This document shows positions 57,632 to 64,000 of a stretch of 64,000 nucleotides of DNA, piece by piece. The DNA is taken from contig CAWJQI010000001.1 in NCBI GenBank assembly GCA_963845085.1, forward strand, positions 320,001-384,000, written 5' to 3'. Positions within the stretch are counted from its first letter, which is position 1. Each line of letters begins with the position of its first letter. Below the pieces are notes generated by a model, which worked only from the letters and a program-made list of their open reading frames with translations, was not told the DNA's origin and ran no database searches. The position numbers were made by a program, and so were the translations under genes. The stretch is from Candidatus Fermentibacterota bacterium. Its GTDB lineage: Bacteria; Fermentibacterota; Fermentibacteria; Fermentibacterales; JCC-6.

Positions 57632-59374
57632 CTACGGCCTGTACACGTTGCTCGGGGCGTAACCTACCGCCTTCAGCGCCTCGTTCCGGCGGATCTTCTT
57701 CGTGGTGGTCTTCGGAAGGTCTCCCTCGCTGACGATGAAACCGGCTATTCGCTTGAAAAGCGGAGCGCCCTGGTTGTACTTCCTCACGGCGTTCCTCACG
57801 GCGTTCACCTCGTCATCGGGCGTGATCTTCCTGCCGTCCTTTTCCGCCTCTTCGATGAGCAGGTCCCTGTTGGGCACCACGATGGTCCATATCTCCTCGC
57901 CCTTGGCCTCTACGTTCTTCCCGAACACCATGCATTCATTGACGTAGTCGTTCCTGTTGAGAACGGTCTCGATCTCCTCGGGAAACACGTTTTTACCGTT
58001 CTTGGCGATGATCACGTTCTTCTTGCGCCCGGTTATGTAGAGAAAGCCTTCATCGTCCAGCCTTCCGTAGTCACCGGTGTGGAACCAGCGGTCGTGCGTC
58101 AGGACGGCCGCCGTGGCTTCCGGGTTGTTGTGGTAACCGAGCATGACGTTCGGCCCCTTCACGACTATCTCGCCGATGCCGTTCTCGTCACGGTCCTCGA
58201 TCTGAACCGTGCACTCGGGCAGGACCACGCCCACCGAACCCGGTCTGCACGCCTTGTCCCTGTTGACCGTCACGATCGGGGATGTTTCGGTAAGCCCGTA
58301 GCCTTCGAGGATGCTGAAACCCAGCTTCTGAAACCCCCGGATGACATCGGGGTCGATGCCGGCGCCGCCGGACACGAAGAGCCGCAGCCCGCCGCCGAAC
58401 TTCTGGTGAACCTGGTGGAAAAGCTTCTTCCGGATCGTTCTGGCGCCGAAGAACTCGCCTATCCCGGAGATGGTGGTTCCGACCATGTACTTGAGGCTGC
58501 CGCCGTGCGCGTTCCTGATGTTTGTCATGATCCTTCGGTGCATGTTCTCCCACAGCAGCGGGACGCCGATCACAACAGTCGACCGCGTTGCGGCAAGGTC
58601 ATCAACCACGTACCTGAGCCCGTGCGCGATGGCGATGGTACACCCCATAACCAGGGGCAGAAGGAACCCGCAGGTGCATTCATAGCTGTGGTGCACCGGC
58701 AGCACCGAGAGGAAAATGTCGTCCGGCAGTATCCGGATCAGCGCGATGACCTGCCTCAGATCCGACACCAGGTTCTCCTGGGAAAGCACCACGCCCTTGG
58801 CCATGCCGGTGGTCCCGGATGTGTAGCATATGGCGGCCGGCGCGTTCAAATCGAATGATGACGGGAGCTCGGTCCCGCTCGACCTGCCGGCCCGTATGAG
58901 GTCGCTCATGTGTCTGGGAGCGTTCATTCCGCCCATGTTCATGGCGTAGTTCTCGACCCCCTTTATGCCCGAGAAAACGTCCATGAACCTTGGGTCGTGT
59001 ATCGAAATGTTTGCGCCCGAATAGTGGACTATCGTCCGCATGTCCGCGGGTGGCAGTTCCCTGTCGATTGGGACGATTACCCCGCCCGCCCGCATGACCG
59101 CAAGGTATGTGGTGTACCATTGGATGCTGTTGTCGCCGGCCACTGCAACCACCGGCTTCGGGTTCATTTCGAGAAGCCCCCTGGCCATCCACTCCACATT
59201 GTTCCTGAGCTGGCCGAAGGTGACCGACCTGAAAAAACCGGGTTCGGCGGGCTCGAGCACTGCGGTCTTGTCGGGGTTCCGCCTGCATGCCGCTTCAACG
59301 GCCCCTGGAAGGCTTTCGATGGGGGGGACCGGAAGCAGCGGGCCTCCTGGAATGTTGTGCATCATCCTCCTCAA
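57632..59374 (-). CDS. Long-chain fatty acid-CoA ligase (AMP-binding)
   Basis: YTSGTTGMAKG, LPVHHSYE, GYGLTETSP, WFHTGD, GRKKNVI..NGKNVFPEEIE, PKTTTKK. Confidence 0.93.
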   Translation of the reverse strand: MRRMMHNIPGGPLLPVPPIESLPGAVEAACRRNPDKTAVLEPAEPGFFRSVTFGQLRNNVEWMARGLLEMNPKPVVAVAGDNSIQWYTTYLAVMRAGGVIVPIDRELPPADMRTIVHYSGANISIHDPRFMDVFSGIKGVENYAMNMGGMNAPRHMSDLIRAGRSSGTELPSSFDLNAPAAICYTSGTTGMAKGVVLSQENLVSDLRQVIALIRILPDDIFLSVLPVHHSYECTCGFLLPLVMGCTIAIAHGLRYVVDDLAATRSTVVIGVPLLWENMHRRIMTNIRNAHGGSLKYMVGTTISGIGEFFGARTIRKKLFHQVHQKFGGGLRLFVSGGAGIDPDVIRGFQKLGFSILEGYGLTETSPIVTVNRDKACRPGSVGVVLPECTVQIEDRDENGIGEIVVKGPNVMLGYHNNPEATAAVLTHDRWFHTGDYGRLDDEGFLYITGRKKNVIIAKNGKNVFPEEIETVLNRNDYVNECMVFGKNVEAKGEEIWTIVVPNRDLLIEEAEKDGRKITPDDEVNAVRNAVRKYNQGAPLFKRIAGFIVSEGDLPKTTTKKIRRNEALKAVGYAPSNVYRP

Positions 59375-60576
59375 TCGAAGCCGGGGTTTCGATCCGTACG
59401 GTCGGCGACCACGCGGAAGCCGACGAACGGATATCCGTTTCCGGGCGAGAACTGGGCCAGGGTTCCGGGGGAGCAGTCATCCGTCGAACTGAGCCAGCTG
59501 CCGCCGGCAGCCGTACCGGGAGCGGAGGTCCACTCCCACACGTTCCCAGCCGTATCATAAAGCCCCCAGGGGTTCGCGGGGTATGATCCCACCGGGGCAG
59601 TTGCGGCATGGCCGTCATTGATTTCGGGGTGCCTTGAGAGAATGGTTTCCGATGAATCCGAGCAGTTGAATTCACCCGGAACGGGAGTGAAACTCCCCCC
59701 CGATCCTGCCGCGGCCTGCCACTCCCAGGGAGTGGGCAGCCTGAACTCGAGCCCGTCAGGGTCGCCCGCCGACAGCCAGAGACAGTACAACTCGGCTCCG
59801 GCCTGTGTAACCCCGTAGACCGGGTGGTCCTCCAATCCGGGAACGGCCTCGTACCGCGAGGAATCAACGTTTACAACGATGGGAAGCGGCCAGTTGCAGC
59901 GAAGTATGCTGTCCGACATCGCGGTTCGACCCGCAAGCTCGGAACCCGTCCGGTGAAGGTCGGGGTCAACGCTGTTCATGAAGGCTGCGAACTGCGCCGT
60001 CGTGACCTCGCTGATGCCGACGAGAATGCCTGGCGATCCCGGTGAAAGGAGGCTGCCGGGTATGAGCACCATCTCGCGGTCCTGATGAACGAGTCTGGGC
60101 ACTTCGCGTCTGATCGTGACAAGTTCTGGTGCGAGAAGAACCTGGTGAACACGGTCGCGTATGCCCCTCTCGCCCTGGATCAAAATGTCGTAGCTCCCCG
60201 GTCCGGGAAGGGGGATGGTGCACGGTGAAACGGCCGTGAACCCCTCCCATGTCACCGTCAGCCCCTCCGGTTCGGTGAAAAGGGCTATTCCGCAGAGCCT
60301 CTCGAGGTAAACAAGGATGGTGTCAGCCCCGGGGGTCACCACCGTGTCGACAGGGCTGTAGCCCTCATGCGAGATCGTCAGCCTGGTTCCGCCGATGTGA
60401 ACCGGAACGGAGAACGGCGCCGTCATCGGAGGCGCACCGCCGACGCTTACGAGGGCGCCCGAGGGCACTGTCAGCACGACGGCCCTGTGGGTTGGAAAGA
60501 GGTCGAGTGCAAACAGGCCGGCAACGAAAAACACGGAAAGTATCCCGAGAAGGACCAGGATCTGGGCGGGTTTCAC
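59371..60576 (-). CDS. PEGA + formylglycine-generating enzyme (SUMF1/FGE-sulfatase) domain membrane protein
   Basis: N-terminal TM; PEGA-like T.PSGA.V; EVT..QF, RLPT..EW..AA, N.WGLYD.AGNVWEW, GGSW, GFRV. Confidence 0.88.
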   Translation of the reverse strand: MKPAQILVLLGILSVFFVAGLFALDLFPTHRAVVLTVPSGALVSVGGAPPMTAPFSVPVHIGGTRLTISHEGYSPVDTVVTPGADTILVYLERLCGIALFTEPEGLTVTWEGFTAVSPCTIPLPGPGSYDILIQGERGIRDRVHQVLLAPELVTIRREVPRLVHQDREMVLIPGSLLSPGSPGILVGISEVTTAQFAAFMNSVDPDLHRTGSELAGRTAMSDSILRCNWPLPIVVNVDSSRYEAVPGLEDHPVYGVTQAGAELYCLWLSAGDPDGLEFRLPTPWEWQAAAGSGGSFTPVPGEFNCSDSSETILSRHPEINDGHAATAPVGSYPANPWGLYDTAGNVWEWTSAPGTAAGGSWLSSTDDCSPGTLAQFSPGNGYPFVGFRVVADRTDRNPGFD

Positions 60577-61977
60577 CTATCCGCTCCAGTCGTTGCCGAG
60601 CACGGCCCGAACATCCGCCCAGAGCTGCCCCATGCGGATGTCCCTCACAAATCGTCTGAGCATATAGGAGGGCCTGAAGTAGAATTTTCTGTGGAATGCT
60701 GCGTAGAACTTCCTGATGGTGTCCCAGTCGAGGTTTTCGTGCTCCCATACCTCGCTCGTGCAGTGGAAGTTGTATTTGTCCCAGTCGCGGGAGAGGATCC
60801 TGCCCTCCCTCTCGATGAGGGTGAACAGCGGCGACGAGGGGAAGGGAAGCGTCATCGAGGCCTTGGCGTAGGTGAGGGGAAGGCTGCACGCAAAGCGCAG
60901 GTTCCTCTTCATTGTCTCCACCGTGTCTCCGGGAAGGGCAAGCATGAAGAATCCCACCGTCTCCAGCCCCTCCTCGTGCGCCATGACCACTGCGTTCCTC
61001 ACCGTCTCGGGGTCCTGGTGCTTGTTCACCCGGGAAAGGACCTCGGGAACACCGCTTTCTATCCCGAAGGAGACCTGGTAGCATCCGGCCTTCCTGGCAA
61101 GCCTGAAAAACTCGCGGTCGACATCCCTTACATTCACACCGGTCGGCAGTGCCCAGGGCGCCTTAAAGCCCCTTTTAATCATCAGCTCAACGGTTTCCTT
61201 GGCTCTTGGCAAATCGGCGGTGAAGTTGTCGTCCTTGAAGTGGATGTCCTGGAAACCGAGCTCAAGCATCCTGAACATCTCGTCGAGAACGCGCTCGGAG
61301 CTCTTGCTGCGAACGGAATGGCCGAATATCCGCTGACTGCAATAGAGACAGTGGTGGTTGCATCCCCTGTTCGTCTCCATGTAGCCGACGGGATTCCTCC
61401 GGCTCGCGATGTGCGGCGAGTGGTAGTAGCGCAGATCGTGAAGCTGCCATGCCGGGAGGGGAAGGTCGTCGAGGTCGGCGATGAGGGGACGTGCGGGGTT
61501 CATCACGAAGGCGTCGCCGTCAAGACGCGCTATACCGGGGATGGAGCCGGGCTCTCTGCCGGCGCAAATGTCCCGCAGCGTGTTCTCGCCCTCGCCCATC
61601 ACGACAAGGTCGAACTCGGTCTCTCGCAGAACCTGCTCGGGAAGGGTGTTGGCGTGAATGCCCCCGGAGATGATTACTACATCGGGGAGAAGCTCCCTCG
61701 CGATCGCCGCGAGCTCCCTTGCTTCCCTGTAAAGAGGGGTGGTGAAGGTAATGCCGACAAAGTCGGGCTTCCAGGATGAGAGGGTTTTGCGGTAGGCTTC
61801 AATAGGGCGCCCCTCGATCATCAGGTCGGCGATCTTCACTTCATGCCCGTCTTCGAGGACGGCGCCGGCCAGCGTGGCGAGTGTGATGAAGGGGGCGCTT
61901 GTGATGGCCACCCTGATCTTGCTCCTGCTGTACACTTCTATTGCGGAAGGGGGGTTGACCAGCAGCAGTTTCGCCAT
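60577..61977 (-). CDS. Cobalamin-binding radical SAM protein (class B methyltransferase-like)
   Basis: LLVNPP, GGIHA, GEGE, RGCNHHCLYC, DDNF, GIESG. Confidence 0.93.
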   Translation of the reverse strand: MAKLLLVNPPSAIEVYSRSKIRVAITSAPFITLATLAGAVLEDGHEVKIADLMIEGRPIEAYRKTLSSWKPDFVGITFTTPLYREARELAAIARELLPDVVIISGGIHANTLPEQVLRETEFDLVVMGEGENTLRDICAGREPGSIPGIARLDGDAFVMNPARPLIADLDDLPLPAWQLHDLRYYHSPHIASRRNPVGYMETNRGCNHHCLYCSQRIFGHSVRSKSSERVLDEMFRMLELGFQDIHFKDDNFTADLPRAKETVELMIKRGFKAPWALPTGVNVRDVDREFFRLARKAGCYQVSFGIESGVPEVLSRVNKHQDPETVRNAVVMAHEEGLETVGFFMLALPGDTVETMKRNLRFACSLPLTYAKASMTLPFPSSPLFTLIEREGRILSRDWDKYNFHCTSEVWEHENLDWDTIRKFYAAFHRKFYFRPSYMLRRFVRDIRMGQLWADVRAVLGNDWSG

Positions 61978-62091
61978 TTTCCACCTTCGTGAGGGTAAGG
62001 GTTCCCAGACCCGGTATGATAGATTAAGAAGGCTTTGCGCGCCACTCTTGTCAGGGTTTTCCGCCGCTTCCCCCTTGGTTATAGTCATCCC

Positions 62092-63069
62092 ATGAAGAAG
62101 ATCCTCGTCGCGATCCCCGCTTTGAACGAAGAAGCCACCCTGGCCGGGGTGATCGGCGCCATCCCCTCCGCGATAGAGGGAATGCCGGTCACGGTTCTCG
62201 TCGTCGACGACGGCTCAACGGATCAAACGGCGGCAGCTGCAGCGGCTGCAGGCGCCCGGGTCATTTCCCACGGGACCAACATGGGGCTGGGCCAGGCCTT
62301 CCGCACGATGCTGGGCTTCGCCCGCGCCGGGGGGTTTCACTACATGGCCACGATCGATGCCGACGGCCAGTTCGATCCGGCACAGCTGCCCGTTCTTGCT
62401 GCGCAGGTTCTCTCGGACCGGTACGACTTCGCAACTGCAAGCAGGTTCGCCGATCCGGCGCTCACACCCCGGATGCCGCCCCTGAAGGTCTGGGGGAACA
62501 GATGGGTGGCAAGGCTCGTTAGCCGCCTCAGTGGAATTACAGTGAGGGACGCCACATGCGGCTACCGGTTCTACGGACCGGGGGCGCTGGACAGGGTTGC
62601 CTGCCTCTCGAGGTTCACTTACACGCAGGAAGTCATCATCGACCTTGCGATGAAGGGGATGCGGATCCTCGAGGTGCCCCTTGCGGTCCGCGGCGAAAGG
62701 GCTTCGGGCAAGTCGCGTATCGCTCACAACCTCTGGAGGTACGCGGTTTTGTCCATCGAGGCCATGTACTCGGTCGCGCACGGCCACTCGCCGTTCCGCA
62801 TCTACGGGGGGCCCGCCCTTTTCCTGATGGCACTGGGGTTTCTGATGGACCTTTTCGTCTTCATCCACTGGGTCACTGCCGGCAGGGTCACACCGTTTGC
62901 GAGCATTGGCATCGGCGGTCTTTTCCTGATAACGTTCGGCATACTGCTGCTGCTGTTCGCCTCGGTGGCGGATATTGGCAGCTCGAACAGGAAGCTTCTT
63001 GAAAGCCTTCTTGAGAACGAGACCAGGAAAAAGAGGGAGTCGCGGGAAACCCGGGACATCGAGTTCTGA
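62092..63069 (+). CDS. GT2 glycosyltransferase with C-terminal TM helices
   Basis: IPALNEE, VDDGSTD.T, DADGQF, DATCGYR, two C-terminal TMs. Confidence 0.92.
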   Translation: MKKILVAIPALNEEATLAGVIGAIPSAIEGMPVTVLVVDDGSTDQTAAAAAAAGARVISHGTNMGLGQAFRTMLGFARAGGFHYMATIDADGQFDPAQLPVLAAQVLSDRYDFATASRFADPALTPRMPPLKVWGNRWVARLVSRLSGITVRDATCGYRFYGPGALDRVACLSRFTYTQEVIIDLAMKGMRILEVPLAVRGERASGKSRIAHNLWRYAVLSIEAMYSVAHGHSPFRIYGGPALFLMALGFLMDLFVFIHWVTAGRVTPFASIGIGGLFLITFGILLLLFASVADIGSSNRKLLESLLENETRKKRESRETRDIEF

Positions 63070-63074
63070 CACTG

Positions 63075-63111
63075 AAAAGCCGGGAGGAGTAGATCAACCC
63101 CTCCCGGCTTT
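63075..63111. terminator. Probable bidirectional terminator between convergent genes
   Basis: AAAGCCGGGAGG...CCTCCCGGCTTT inverted repeat. Confidence 0.8.
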
Positions 63112-63135
63112 CCCTATCATGAGACAAGTGCGGGA

Positions 63136-64000
63136 TCAGCCCGCCATTACCCTGACGGTTTCCCTGGCGATCATCAGTTCTTCGTTGGTGGGGATCACAA
63201 GCACCTTCACCCTGCTTTCCGGGGTGGAGGTGATCTTTTCCTTGCCCCTCACCAGATTGGCCACCGGGTCGATCTTGATGCCAAGGGCTTCCTGGTTGCC
63301 GCACACCATTTCCCTAATCTCGGGGCCGTTCTCGCCGATCCCGGCTGTGAACACTATCGCGTCAAGCCTTCCAAGGGTGGCGGCATAGGCACCGATGTAC
63401 TTCCTCACCCTGTCAACGAACATGTCGAGGGCCAGCGTGGCCATCTCATGGCCCTCTTTGAACGACGCGTTCTCTATGTCGCGCATGTCGTTGGAGATGC
63501 CAGAGATCCCGAGCAGGCCGCTTTCACGGTAGACCGTCTTCATAACCTTCTCAAGGGTCCAGCCATGCGTGACCATAAGTTCAAAAAGGGCCGCAGGATC
63601 AACGTCACCGCATCTCGTGCCCATCATGAGCCCGCAGAAGGTTCCGAAACCCAGGCTTGTGTCAATGCTTCGGCCGCCCTTCACCGCAGTGACGGAACAG
63701 CCGTTGCCCAGGTGGCAGGTGATGATGTTGAGCTCGGAGAGCGGCCGTTCCAGCATCTCGGCGGCGCGCTGTGCCACGTACTGATGGCTGGTGCCGTGGA
63801 AGCCGTAGCGGCGGATCCGGTACTTGTCATAGACCTCGTACGGAAGGCCATAGAGGTAGTTCACCCGCGGCATTGTCTGATGAAAGGCGGTGTCGAACAC
63901 GGCCACGTTGGGAACGCCGGGAAGCATATTCATCGCGGCCTCGATGCCCAGAATGTTCGCCGGATTGTGCAGGGGTGCGAGGGCGCTGCATTCCTTCAGG
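63136..64000 (-). CDS. ackA: Acetate kinase, 5' end outside window
   Basis: LAPLHNP, VFDTAFHQT, RRYGFHGTSH, CHLGNG, GTRCGD, FTAGIGEN, IPTNEELMIA. Confidence 0.97.
   Translation of the reverse strand, partial: LKECSALAPLHNPANILGIEAAMNMLPGVPNVAVFDTAFHQTMPRVNYLYGLPYEVYDKYRIRRYGFHGTSHQYVAQRAAEMLERPLSELNIITCHLGNGCSVTAVKGGRSIDTSLGFGTFCGLMMGTRCGDVDPAALFELMVTHGWTLEKVMKTVYRESGLLGISGISNDMRDIENASFKEGHEMATLALDMFVDRVRKYIGAYAATLGRLDAIVFTAGIGENGPEIREMVCGNQEALGIKIDPVANLVRGKEKITSTPESRVKVLVIPTNEELMIARETVRVMAG

Noticed and set aside
59371..59520. FGE-sulfatase C-terminus as a diversity-generating retroelement target
   Set aside because: No reverse transcriptase, no template repeat copy and no adenine-specific variant of this region seen in the window.

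Overview
GC-rich bacterial chromosomal segment with about 60 tightly packed genes. I see no rRNA, tRNA, CRISPR array, integrase or transposase. Gene content points to an anaerobic, diderm, peptide/amino-acid fermenter: PepD, PepT, an M14 carboxypeptidase, urocanase, a buk-ptb-2-oxoacid:ferredoxin oxidoreductase operon and acetate kinase. Five secreted proteins end in a T9SS-type-A-like C-terminal domain. An FCB-group lineage such as Ca. Fermentibacteria fits this content, but that is inference only. Housekeeping genes include pyrBI, yebC-ruvCAB-queH, purC and parEC. There are two surface-glycan clusters, a metal-efflux/ArsR pair and a small AT-richer islet carrying an AbrB-PIN toxin-antitoxin pair. 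Eight single-base frameshifts break six genes. Seven of them fall in 34.9-45.9 kb and most lie in homopolymers, so they are probably assembly errors. The most notable observations are: (1) a full-length LeuC/aconitase-family protein that has lost two of three Fe-S cysteines and nearly all catalytic motifs; (2) three NrdR-like boxes around the parE-parC promoter; (3) a translationally coupled trio of zinc-ribbon proteins; (4) a divergent buk-ptb-symporter-OFOR operon ending in an orphan APS kinase; (5) probable CTG starts and leaderless genes.
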